From Octopus bimaculoides (lineage: Eukaryota), in contig NC_068996.1 of the NCBI RefSeq assembly GCF_001194135.2, forward strand, positions 12,750,535 to 12,799,925: a stretch of 49,391 bases of DNA, written 5' to 3'. Under the pieces are notes generated by a model. The model saw only the letters and a program-made list of their open reading frames with translations, searched no databases and was not told the origin of the DNA. Position numbers and translations under genes: made by a program. Positions 36,602-48,956 of this stretch are shown here, in pieces (within the stretch, counting starts at the first letter, position 1; every line of letters starts with the position of its first letter).

Positions 36602-38415
36602 NNNNNNNNNNNNNNNNNNNNNNNNNNNNNNNNNNNNNNNNNNNNNNNNNNNNNNNNNNNNNNNNNNNNNNNNNNNNNNNNNNNNNNNNNNNNNNNNNNN
36701 NNNNNNNNNNNNNNNNNNNNNNNNNNNNNNNNNNNNNNNNNNNNNNNNNNNNNNNNNNNNNNNNNNNNNNNNNNNNNNNNNNNNNNNNNNNNNNNNNNNN
36801 NNNNNNNNNNNNNNNNNNNNNNNNNNNNNNNNNNNNNNNNNNNNNNNNNNNNNNNNNNNNNNNNNNNNNNNNNNNNNNNNNNNNNNNNNNNNNNNNATAT
36901 ATATATATATAATCAGCAGAAGTTACAAAGTGTTGTCTGCTGATTAATTAAAAAGTACAAAAATATATATATACACTTATGTTTTGAGTTCTATGTTCTT
37001 GTTTGCTTTACCAAACTTCTCTCTCACTCTCTCTCTCTCACTCTCTCTCTCTCACTCTCTTTCTCCCTTCCTCTCTCTCTTCATATATATATATGTATAT
37101 ATATATACATGCATGTTTGTGTGTAGCTATATGCATGTATATTCCCCAGAGGATGTATTGCCATCATCTGTAGAGAATGTTTTGGTTCCTTTACCTTTTC
37201 CTCCTCGCTCTAACTCTATACCTTTGCAGTTATCTTTTCTCATTGTGTATGTGCATACATACGTATATATTAATATACATATATATAAATGTGTGTGAGT
37301 GTGTGTGTGAAACCCAAAATAGGCAACAAGTTTTCTTTTAAATATAGATACGTCTTACGTTGAAGTTTGACCCTTTCGTTTATAAGGATTTACCATATTC
37401 CCTCATTTGCCCTTTTAGTTTGGAACAATAACATTCCGAAATCCATTAACATTTCAACTGGAATGTCTTTGACCAAAAATCTGCAGAATCAAGCCTTGTT
37501 CTGGGTTAGGTAGGCTGTGTGCTTGTGTGGGAGTACTAGATAACAGATGATTCTGTCTATCAAACGAAACAGTTTCTAAACCTTCTGGAAATGTTACAGA
37601 CTTCTCTTCCATAATTTGCTATGCATTCGTTTTGATTTCCGTTATGTGAATTCAAAGAGACAAGCTTGGCTTTTTTTACTACATCTGTTCCACTTCTAAT
37701 ATGCATTGATATTTATTATACTGTCTTAGAGATTCTTCTTAAGATATGTATCTCTAAAACATCACCTGCAGCAGAGGTTTGGCTAAGTCTGTTATGAATA
37801 TTTTTAAAGGATTGTGAGGAAAGAATTCTGTTTTTTTTTTTTTTTAAATATTTTTTAATTCTTTTTTTTTTTAGATTCTGCATCCAATCTGATATTTGCA
37901 GATATTGCATCCACTGCAACTTCATTTAGAATATGGTAATAATAGTAGAATGTTAGAAATATATGCCTGCATGTTTGAGTACTTGCGTGTGTATATATAT
38001 ATGTAAATATGCATGTGTAAATATCATACACACACAGAGGCAAAATCTTTCCCTCCCACTCTCTCTTAATCTCTGTTTTTCTCTGTTTTCCTCACTCTAC
38101 TAACTTTCCTCTCTGTTTTACTTTCTCTCTCTTCCTGTCCTCAGTGGCATTGAATAAGAAAAGAAATTAATTAGAATTGTGAGGAAATACATGAATTTTT
38201 TTCAAACTATAAGTAATAAAATAGTAAAATTGAATGCAATGAATTTAATTTGATTGACAGGAGCTTTATTGTCCTAGAAATAATAATGAACACACTTGTT
38301 AAATGTTGTTTTACATTTTATAGATGCACACAAACACACACATGTATACATACATGTATATGATTGTGTATATATATATAGTATGCATGTGTGTAAATGA
38401 GTTCATAAATAAATT

Positions 38416-38511
38416 CTTCTTCTTCTTCTTCTTCTTCTTCTTCTTCGTCTTCTTCTTCTTCTTCTTCGTCTTCTTCTTCTTCTTCTTCTTCTTATTCTTC
38501 TTCTTCGTCTT

Positions 38512-38597
<86 letters not shown>

Positions 38598-38600
38598 TAC
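38416..38600. repeat. Compound (CTT)n-(ATT)n microsatellite; representative of dozens of (TA)n, (CA)n, (TAT)n, (CAT)n and (CT)n tracts across the window
   Basis: Read directly. Confidence 0.95.
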
Positions 38601-40317
38601 TACTTGGCCAAATTTTTAGGAAAAATAAAAATTAGACAATAAAAAAAAGCGAATGCTTTTCTTTGGAGAGGAAAAAAAAGTGGAATTTATTATTTAGAAT
38701 CCTGTAAAGGGTTGTTTAAACAAAGGATATTGAATTTTTTAATGCCACTAAGCAAATTAACTCCCTTTAAATTTTTTTCATTTTCTTTTAAATTTATTTA
38801 CAATTTACAAACTTCTTAGACATAAATTTTTGCTAGTGGAGGCCATTGTTAGAATTCATAGAATTTGGATGTTTTTACTTTATTACTAATATTTTATTAA
38901 GTTTGTAATTATACAAAGATCAATCAATATTAATAAGGGCACCTGTGTGTTGTCTATACACATGTACATTATACATGCATACATCTACACACATGCATTT
39001 ACATGTATGCATGTATATGTATATTTGTATGTATATTTATGTATATGCTAGCATGGAACACAGACGTTAAATGATGATGAATATTATATTCTAAAAAGAA
39101 TCACAGAAAGAAACAGAAATATAGATAGAATGAGTGATAAACAATAGTGGTTGTTGTCATATCAAACAATTCTTACAGCAGCCAAAAAAAAAAAAAANNN
39201 NNNNNNNNNNNNNNNNNNNNNNNNNNNNNNNNNNNNNNNNNNNNNNNNNNNNNNNNNNNNNNNNNNNNNNNNNNNNNNNNNNNNNNNNNNNNNNNNNTAT
39301 ATATATATACATATATATACACATTAGGTTCAAGGGTCATGAATTGGTTGTTATTTAGTAGGTGACACTCACTCTTCGCTTCTTTTGAACAGAGGTTAAC
39401 AAAAGAAAGGTGAACTCTAAGACTTCATCTTAGAGTTTGGTTTACTCCTGCATTTATGCATACATACACATACCTACATACATACATACATACATGCATG
39501 TGTTATGTGTGTATGTTCATATACGTTCATGCATGCATACATATATATGTGTATGCATGTATGTATATGTATATGTATCTCCGTAGTTGTGTATCAAATT
39601 TGTAAAAGATTTTTTTTTAAACCCATTCCAAGTATGTTTTTTTTCTTAAATGTTTTTTTTGTTATGTATGTTTGTTCATTTGTTTGTTTGTTTTTTTTTA
39701 AGCCTAAACAAAACAACAAAAAAAAAAAAACCAAAACAAAAAGAGCAACTGTGTGAGTTAATCACCACCTGACATTTTTTTAACATTTTTTTTTTTAATC
39801 ATATTCCAGAGTGGTTTATTGTAGAGGAAAAAAAAATTGTTTTTTTTTCAGATAGTACGGAAAGATGTGTGATAATGTTTATTATAGATGGCAGATTGTA
39901 TCATATATTATAGTAAAAAATGTTGATTTAACACTATAATAACGCGTCCTTGTTTTAATTCATTTACGTATAATGCATTGTTGTTGTAATTCCTTTGTGC
40001 AACAACATGTACACGCATAAATGCAAAGCAATTTAATTCACTTGGTGTGCATGTTGTTGCTGTTGTTGCCTTTCTTTTCACATACCAGATATATATGTTG
40101 CCATTGTCATCAGTATCATCACCATCTTCGTCATCGTAGATCATCATCATTGTCATTAACCATCGTCATTGTCAACGTTGTCATCATCATCATTATCAAC
40201 ATCAGTAATCATCGTCGTTGTCATTGTCATCATAATAATAATCATCATCATCCTTACCACCACCATCATCACTGTCATTATTGTTGTCATCTTCACAACC
40301 AACACTGCCACCATCAT

Positions 40318-40349
<32 letters not shown>

Positions 40350-41727
40350 CCACCATTGTTGACATCATCATCATCATCACCATCATNNNNNNNNNNNNNN
40401 NNNNNNNNNNNNNNNNNNNNNNNNNNNNNNNNNNNNNNNNNNNNNNNNNNNNNNNNNNNNNNNNNNNNNNNNNNNNNNNNNNNNNNNNNNNNNNNNNNNN
40501 NNNNNNNNNNNNNNNNNNNNNNNNNNNNNNNNNNNNNNNNNNNNNNNNNNNNNNNNNNNNNNNNNNNNNNNNNNNNNNNNNNNNNNNNNNNNNNNNNNNN
40601 NNNNNNNNNNNNNNNNNNNNNNNNNNNNNNNNNNNNNNNNNNNNNNNNNNNNNNNNNNNNNNNNNNNNNNNNNNNNNNNNNNNNNNNNNNNNNNNNNNNN
40701 NNNNNNNNNNNNNNNNNNNNNNNNNNNNNNNNNNNNNNNNNNNNNNNNNNNNNNNNNNNNNNNNNNNNNNNNNNNNNNNNNNNNNNNNNNNNNNNNNNNN
40801 NNNNNNNNNNNNNNNNNNNNNNNNNNNNNNNNNNNNNNNNNNNNNNNNNNNNNNNNNNNNNNNNNNNNNNNNNNNNNNNNNNNNNNNNNNNNNNNNNNNN
40901 NNNNNNNNNNNNNNNNNNNNNNNNNNNNNNNNNNNNNNNNNNNNNNNNNNNNNNNNNNNNNNNNNNNNNNNNNNNNNNNNTACATACATATATTAATATG
41001 CACACGCATACATACAGAAATGCACACATACATACATACATACTACATATGCACACACACACATGTACACGCACATGTACATACACATACATACATGAAT
41101 GCATGCATCCATCTATCAGTACATACATACGTACATACACACAAACACATACATACATATATTAATATGCACATACATACAGAAATGCACACATACATAC
41201 TACATATGCCCACACACACACATACACATACGTACATATGTACACACATACATAGAAGCAGACATGCAAAAATATCTTGTTGATGTTGTTGAAATTCCGG
41301 TTCTTTCTCTATTGGCAAGAAGTCTTGAAATAAAACTTAATAATGTCATACATACAGGCACACACACATGGGATTCTTACAGTTTTCGTCTGCTAAATCT
41401 GCTTACAGGGTTTTTGGTCAGCCTGATCAGCAGAAGACACTTGCACGAGGTGCCATGCATTGGAATTGAACCTGAAACCATGTTAGTTAGGAAGCAAGCT
41501 TCTTACCATACAGCCATGCCTCTGTGTGTGTGTGTGTGTTAGATTAATTTAGAGCTGCTGCTTCTCTTTGTGGCAACCAGGAGTTTTATATTTTTACTTT
41601 TACTGGTTGTATTAAAAAACAGAAACATGATCCTCTGGGTTTCCACAGAAGGAAGCTTCAACACAAACTGACTTACTTGCATCTTCAATATTAACAGCAA
41701 TAAATGCCAAAACTCTATAATATGTGT

Positions 41728-42862
41728 ATATAAACAAGTGTGGTTGTGTGGTAAAAAGTTTGTTTCCCAACTAAATGATTTCAGGTTCAGTCCCACTGCG
41801 TAGCACTTTGGGAAAGTGTCTTCTACTATATCCTCAGGCCTACCAAAACCTTGGGGTGATTTGGTAGACAGAAACTGAAAGAAGTAAAGGTGGTGAGCTG
41901 GCAGAATCGTTAGCATGCTGGGCGAAATGCTTAGTGGTATTTCGTCTACCGCTACGTTTTGAGTTCAAATTCCGCTGAAGTATCAGCTACGCATTGGGGT
42001 CGGTGTAATTGACTTAATTCCTTTGTCCTTGTCTGTCACCTCTATGTTTAGCCCCTTGTCGGCAATAAAGAAATAAGAAACTGAAAGAAGCCTATTGCAT
42101 GTGTGTGTATGTCTGTTTGTATGTGTCCTTCATGACCGGTGTTGGTGTGTTTACATCCCATAACATAGCAGTTCAGCAAAAAACTGATAGAATAAGTACT
42201 AGACTTGAAAAAAAAAGAAGATAATACTCACCGGGTTGATTTATTTGACTAAAATTCTTTAAGGCAGTGCCCCAGCATGGCCACATTCTGATGACTAAAA
42301 CAAGTAAAAAGTAAAAGATGTGTGTGTTTGTGTAGGCATAGCTGTGTGGTAAGAAGCTTGCTTCCCAATCACATGATTCCAGGTTCAGTCTCACTGCATG
42401 GTACCTTGGGCAAGTATCTTCTACTTTAGCTTCTATTTGCCTGCCGCTGCGTTCTGAGTTCAAATTCTGCTGAGGTCGACTTTGCCTTTCATCCTTTCGG
42501 GGTTGATTAAATAAGTACCAGTTACGCACTGGGTCGATATAATCGACTTAATCCGTTTGTCTGTCTTCATTTGTCCCCTCTGTGTGTAGCCCCTGGTGGG
42601 CAGTAAAGAAATAGGAAACTGAAAGAAGCCTTTTGAATATATGTATGTGTGTGTGTGTTTGTATTTGTGTTTGTACCCCCATCACTACTTGACAACCGTT
42701 GTTGGTGTGCTTATGTGCCCATAACCTAGCAGTTCGGCAAAAGCAACCAATAAAATAAGTACTAGACCATTAAAAAAAGTCCTGGGGTCAATTTGTTCGA
42801 ATTAAAGCCTTTTAAAGTGATGCTCCAGCATGGTCACAGTGAAATGACTGAAACAAGTAAAT
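41728..42862 (+). mobile_element. Two adjacent family A SINEs, each containing a family B SINE (41886-42075 and about 42432-42615)
   Basis: 15-bp TSD AGAAACTGAAAGAAG at 41870-41884 and 42076-42090 for the first; the second B copy ends at the same target motif. Confidence 0.85.
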
Positions 42863-43701
42863 AATACTATCTCCTTCCTCTTATTCAGACATTGTGTATT
42901 TAGGACATTATTGAATGTTTAGGACATTATTGAATGCCTCTTTTCTTTTTAAAGAAATTTGATAAAAATGATTTACCAAAGTTCAAGAGGAACAGTAATT
43001 GGAATCAGTCTCTTTGGTCTTGGTGGTCCTAGAACACTGTCCCTTTTTTCTCAGACCCAGTGAGTAAAAAGATAAAAAAGAACCCGACAGGTATCTTCAT
43101 TGTCTGTTGAATTTGTCAGGCATAACGAACCGAATAGTTATTTACTATAAGGTTAGTTTTAATTTATGCGAAAAAGATATATCATCACCATTGACATCAT
43201 CATGTGTTAATGTCTGTTTTCCATGCTGGCATGGGTTGGGAAGTTTGACAAGAGCTGGCAAGTTGGAAAATGACAGGAGCAGGCAAGTCTCCATTGTTTG
43301 CTTTGGCATGGTTTCTACAGAATCTATACTAAAAATCTTATAACTGTGAATCAAATACCCTAACTACTAAGTCACATTCCTCCTCTTTGTTATTGCGGTT
43401 GTGATTAAAGCATAATTTGGTTTTAATCCAGCTCATATGACTTCTGTTGCTATTTAAATTTCATGTTGCATAAAGGTGTTGAAACTTCGGTATCAATCAC
43501 TTCCTAGATAATTCATAAGTAGTCTAATTTGCAAGTGGCCTTTACCCATGATGCAACTCTGCTTTCAAATATTTCAGTTCATTGTTGTTATTGTCGTTGT
43601 TGTCATCATCATCATCTTCCTCCCCTTCCTCCTGCTCTCCCTCCACCTCCTTCTTTAATGTTCATTTTCCATGTTGCCACGTCTATGCATATATATATAT
43701 A

Positions 43702-44599
43702 TGAGTGATGTCAAAAGGTTTCTGGACTAGTTTTACTTAATAAAAAATAACTTAGTTTTAACATCATCTCCTTTGATATAGTCACCCTGCACAGCGATAC
43801 ACCAGTCCCAGCATTCTTACCACTTTTGGAATCTGGCCTGGAAGTCACTTTCCATAAGCAAGTCAAGGACCTTCTGCGATTTGCTCAGGATCTCGATAAT
43901 GGTGTTAAAACGGTGTCCTCTGATCAGCATTTTGATCTTGGAGAGGGGATTGAAGTCAGCGAGGAGATAGAATCTGGCAAATAGGGTGGATGCAGAAGCA
44001 ACAGCATGTTGGTTTTGGCAAGAAACTCACAAGTAAGGAGAGCTTGGTGATGGGGGTGCATTGTTGTCATGAAGAATCTAATTCTTTGCATTCCACAGAT
44101 TCGGTCACTTTTTCCTGAATGTCCTCTCTCAAACACTTCAAAACATTGCAGTAGAACTCTAGATAGATTGATAGTCTAACCCTGGAAGATAAATTCTCAG
44201 TACACAATACCACATTTCTGGGGGTGACACTCATAGCAGGTCTTCCAGATTGCTCATTGTCTTTCTCTTTCAAAGCACCTATGCCGCTTGAAACATGGTG
44301 TACGACCTGCTGCCTTGTTGCTGTAAGCAGGCTCAATGTCTCAGTAACAGACTTCTGAAGGTTAACACAAAATTTTCCATTGGCCTTTGTTCCAACTTTC
44401 AGTCCATGACAAAAATCACAGACTACAAACATACATGTGATCACAAAAACACAAATTTCACAACTTGCGAAGTAATCACAATGGTATTATTCACCAAATT
44501 GCCTCAATAAGTCACAGCTAGATCTCACTGCACACAGTTGTGTGCTGCCATCTATTGGTGTGCTACAGAACTAGTCCAGAACTTTTTGATGCCACCTTG
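43702..44599 (-). mobile_element. Decayed, internally deleted mariner (Tc1/mariner) transposon
   Basis: About 30-bp TIRs (..TCAAAAGGTTTCTGGACTAGTT / AACTAGTCCAGAAACTTTTTGA). Minus-strand remnants KFCVNLQKSVTET, SGRP, FYCNVLKCLREDI, LHDNNAP, HPPYLPD, FQKW*ECWDWCIAVQGDYIKGD, with frameshifts and stops. Confidence 0.9.
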
Positions 44600-45340
44600 T
44601 CTATGGCTTACTTCATTGTCTTTGTAAGATATGAAATATAATGTGAACATTAATGTGAGTGTGGGTAATATGGACAGACATTTAAGGCACTGAGCTGGCA
44701 GAATCATTATGGCACCAGACAATGTGTTTTGTGGCATTTTTTCTGCCTTTATGTTGTGTGTTCAAATTCTACTGAGGTTGACTTTACCTTTCATCTTTTC
44801 TGGGATGTTAAGATGTTTCTAGGATATTAAGATACGTACCAGTGGAGCATTGGAGTTGATGTAATTGACTTAACCCCTGCTCTGTAATTGCTGGCCTTGT
44901 GCCAAAATTTGAAACCAGTATGGACAGATGTTAATAAAATATGGGTGTTGTGTGTATGTGTACAGTGTGTTTTGCCCCCATGCTGTTACAAACAGTTCCC
45001 CACACATACATGCATAATACGTACATATAAAACATATATATGTACACACAGGCACATACATATGCATTCATGCATCATCAACATCACCATCATCATCATC
45101 AGCATTTGATCTGTCTTCAGTGCTGATATAGATTGGATAGTGTGATTAGATCTGACGAGCTGGAACTGCGTGTTGAGGATACAGTGTCAAATTTGGCACG
45201 GATTCTACTGCCGGATGCTCTGCATTACATAAGGGAAGGAAAATATCCATGGTTGTCAGAAGAACATACATTGAAGATACATGAAGGCGAGTGTAAGAGA
45301 TAACAGGAACCGAGGATCAGGAAGGGTCGTTGGGTAGGTT

Positions 45341-45484
45341 CAGGGCTGGACTTAGGGTTGCTGGCACCCTAGGCAAGCTAAACTTTGGCATGTACAAGCC
45401 GACGGTCGTGGAAATTTCCTTTGTCACATCCTCCTAGGTGTGCCAGGTGACTGCCTGAGGTACCAGTACCTTGAGCCAGCCCAG
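45341..45484. mobile_element. hAT-type MITE, 144 bp, perfect 8-bp TSD
   Basis: GGTAGGTT at 45333-45340 and 45485-45492; imperfect TIRs CAGGGCTGGACTTAGG / CCTTGAGCCAGCCCAG. Confidence 0.85.
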
Positions 45485-45548
45485 GGTAGGTTTATATAAG
45501 AGCGGAAGAGAAGAATAACATGCATACATAAATGCATATGTGTATGTA

Positions 45549-45643
45549 TGTAGGCAGACAGACAGGTAGGCAGAGAGACAGGTCGGCAGAAAGACAGGTC
45601 GGCAGAGAGAGAGGTCGGCAGAAAGACAGGTCGGCAGAGAGAC
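45549..45643 (+). repeat. 16-bp minisatellite GACAGGTCGGCAGA(G/A)A, about 5-6 units
   Basis: Units read directly from 45561-45640. Confidence 0.9.
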
Positions 45644-45744
45644 ATAGACAGCGGAATATGATGATACTGATAATGAATATTAATAATGTGCTTGAAGAAA
45701 AAATATCTGAAGTGATCTGCATAATAAAGTTCAAATACAATACA

Positions 45745-46123
45745 GTCTTATGTACATGTGTCTTTTATCTTTTGCTTCTTACTGGTATTCAGTCATTAGT
45801 TGTGGTCATGATGGAGCACTGCCTTGAAGAATTTTTAATCAAGGGAATTAACCCCAGTGCTTTAGTTTTTTTTAAAAATCTGGTTCTTATTCTATCAATT
45901 TATCAATTTATTTTGCTCAACCACTAGGTTATGGAGATATATAAACTCATCAATACTGGTTGTCAAGCGATGGTGGAGGACAAACACTCACACATGTATA
46001 GGACAGGCTTTGATTGGCCCGAGGCTATGGTAGAAGACAGTTGCCCAAGGTGTCACGCAGTAGGACTGCACTCAGAACCATGTGGCTGGGAAGCAAACTT
46101 CTAACCACACAGTCACGCCTGCG

Positions 46124-46128
<5 letters not shown>
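45745..46128 (-). mobile_element. SINE family A, diverged; other minus fragments at about 3290-3410, 41355-41522 and 48735-48915
   Basis: Reverse-complement head, body and tail motifs. Confidence 0.75.
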
Positions 46129-46157
<29 letters not shown>

Positions 46158-46677
46158 TGAGTTGAAAGACTTCGGTCAGTTGTTTGACCCTAGCACTCAC
46201 TTAGGCTAAGCAAACTTAATGATCACAAATAACTATTCCAATTCCGTCCATATATATATCAGGATTACAGAGTTATTTCCCTTGTAGACTGTATAAAGCT
46301 ACTTACCCTGGGAGTCATTCAATTGCAAGATATAGAGACTAATTTCTCTTCGAATCATACGTTTTTGCTTTAGAAGAGAACGAACGTTTCTATGTATAAT
46401 ATAGTAGCGATTTTATCACATAGGAAAAAATACCAGATGGTCACGGTTGGAACATCTCTGATCAATATTTTACTCAATCACAACAGAACTGGGATTAAAT
46501 AACAGCAAGAATAATTGTAGCAAAACACTTTCGATTTCGAAGTTTCGCATTTATGGTTTCTTAGCCATTTTATATTCTCCTATTCATTATACTTTTCAAA
46601 AAATATTAAGCAACGGAATGGAAAGAACTAAGGACTACAACTACGAATTGAAATTCTCGGAGTAGCTTTGACAATAC

Positions 46678-46717
<40 letters not shown>

Positions 46718-46988
46718 TTGTATGCACATAATCTGGGAGAAATAGCATCTAAGTCTCCTTGAAATTACTCATCTTGATTTGTAAAAGAATGTTTAAATTG
46801 GAAAGTCATCATTTCTAGCCATCACCACCAGTAGCAGACTGTGCACTTAACAAGAGATAGTTGCATCCATGGTATGAATCTGTGTTATTGGACATACCTA
46901 ATGTTAGTTTCATCAGCCATACTCCTCTGTGCTGGCTTAGGGCATGCTTCAAGATAATATCAATTTTGGAGTTTTCTTGCTCTTAAAT

Positions 46989-47335
46989 CAGTGGTTCTCA
47001 ACCAGGGTCTATATGGCCCCTGAAGGTCTATATAAGAGTTTTGGGGGACCATGTAAGAGAACAGTAAATTGGGGATCCACATTAGTATTTTAAGGGCCCC
47101 TGAAAATTTCTTGCTTTAGATGTATGTATTGGTATGCATTGTAAGAAACAGGTTTCTTTCTCTAACATTTTATATAGTTCAGCCTACACAAGTGATTGTT
47201 TGATAAACAAAATAGGAATTTTGTAAGAAGTTTCAATAAAACTAGTTTTTAAACGTCGAATGGCTATGGGGGTCCACCAGAATAAAATAGTAATCAAAGG
47301 GGTCCATAAATTAAAAAAATGGTTGAGAACCCCTG
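46989..47335. mobile_element. hAT (Charlie-like) MITE
   Basis: TIRs CAGTGGTTCTCAACC / GGTTGAGAACCCCTG; degenerate 8-bp flanks TCTTAAAT / TCCAAGAT. Confidence 0.8.
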
Positions 47336-47461
47336 TCCAAGATTGATTGCTTTCACTGCAAGTAAAAGAAATTGATCTACTCTTTAAAAAAATCTATTTA
47401 ACTCATAGATGGGATACTGACAGGTACTACCATTCCATATCAGATTGAACCTGGGAGTAAA

Positions 47462-47815
47462 AAAGGGTAAAGGGTAAAGACCCCACCCCCACAACCTTGG
47501 TCATGAATGACCATGGGATTGCACCGAGAAAGTTCTCCTCAGAAGCACAGAAGTCTAGGCAAGGTTGCTAATGGAAGACCAGCAGTTGCCCATGCATACC
47601 AGCTTCCTATCTCCACATCCAAGGGAAAGGCAAAGGCTGATACAAAGGCTTGGCACCAGCGATGTCGCAACTCATTTCTACAGATGAATGAACTGGAACA
47701 GTGTGAAATAAAGTGTCTTGCTCAAGAAGACAACACACAACCTGGTCTGGGAATTTTAACTCACTACTTCATAATTGTGAGCCCGACACCTTAACCACTG
47801 AACCATGCACCTTAA
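47462..47815 (-). mobile_element. tRNA-derived SINE, family C
   Basis: Minus strand GGTGCATGGTTCAGTGGTTAAGG...GAGTTAAAATTCCC...TTGAGCAAGACACTTT..., ending in TTTACCCTTTACCC. Confidence 0.75.
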
Positions 47816-47950
47816 TTGCCGTTACCTGGGAGTAATGATAATTAAATAGTGACTTCACTCTCCACACAACTCCAGAACTTCCAAACTGGAGCCTCGACAC
47901 CAAATGCAAGACAACAGGGTATGACATTAAACCTAATTTTTGATGATGAT

Positions 47951-47983
<33 letters not shown>

Positions 47984-48348
47984 AAATGGAATGGTCATAG
48001 TAGGAATGCTGTTAATTATAGTTGAGCTTAGTTAGGGATGATTGGGGGTAAATATCAACATCACTAACTGACTAACTGATTACAAGTAATTTCAAACACC
48101 ATTATTATGAGAATAACAAAAAAAAAAAAAGAAAAAAAGAAAAGCTATTTCTGAAATTATAATATAGGTATTTATCGTTTCTTGTTTAATCCTAGATCAA
48201 TCTTACGATAAAAGGCTTTCCAAATGTCATATTTTTATTCAAACAAGATACATCTTGGTTCACATTATTTGTTATGTCTTTTCAAGTTTTAAGGTACTGT
48301 TGCTGAATATCTCACAACATCAACACGAGATATTTAGCAACGATACTT

Positions 48349-48684
48349 TGGAGTAAAGATTGTTTGCCAACATAACATGGCAGTCCTGGTTTAGGATGAA
48401 TGTTGCTGTAATTTAGCCCCAGGAGACATCGTCTCCAGCTGGCTATGCAACATGATCTGTGTCCTTATATTTTCTGTGCTGATGAAGGGAAATAACCTAG
48501 AAATTGCGATACACAGATATTGTTTTGAGCTGAGTGGGGGTGCTAGATTCCCTTGTTCGAAAATATAAGGACACAGATCATGTCATATAACCAGCTGGAG
48601 ACGATATCTCCTGGGGCTAAATTACAGCAACATTCGTCCTAAGCCAGGACTGCCATGTTATGTTGGCAAACAATCTTTACTCCA
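48349..48684. mobile_element. Fold-back element, 126-bp arms (119/126 identical), 84-bp loop containing an HHR
   Basis: Arms 48349-48474 and 48559-48684 aligned by hand; seven differences, all transitions. No clean TSD. Confidence 0.92.
48473..48517 (+). ncRNA. Minimal type I hammerhead in the loop of a fold-back element
   Basis: TCTGTG-CTGATGA-AGGGAAATAACCTA-GAAA-TTGCGA-TA-CACAGA. Helix I 6 bp; helix III ATTGCGAT is one change from the palindrome ATCGCGAT; base of helix II is imperfect. Confidence 0.75.
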
Positions 48685-48956
48685 TTATCAAAGTAATTCA
48701 GTATTTGAACAGTTTCTGCTATCAAAGAAAAGGCTGAATTAATAACATTACCTCAAAGGGTTTTAGTTGAACAAATTGACCTCAAGACTTTTTCCTTTAG
48801 CCTTGTACTTATTCTATCTGTCATTTTAGGTGAACTGCTGAATTACGGGGATATAAACATACCAACACCAGTTGTGAAGTGGTGATGGAGAACAAACACA
48901 GGCACAAAGATGCACACACACACACATATAACATATATATATATATATATATATAT

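Noticed and set aside
37716-37925. Minus-strand ORF and adjacent coding-looking frames at 37.4-37.9 kb
   Set aside because: Interrupted by stops and a frameshift, no polypyrimidine acceptor, no recognisable domain; cannot be supported without homology data.
45142-45303. 53-codon open frame VIRSDELELRVEDTVSNLARILLPDALHY...
   Set aside because: Its reverse complement aligns with the RTE-like tail family ending in (GAT)n; the frame is probably incidental.
46297-46315. CTACTTACCCTGGGAG resembling the U1 snRNA 5' end
   Set aside because: Similarity stops after about 10 nt; no Sm site or stem-loops follow.
1724-47815. tRNA genes suggested by A-box and B-box motifs
   Set aside because: The motifs are SINE heads continuing into SINE bodies; no complete cloverleaf.
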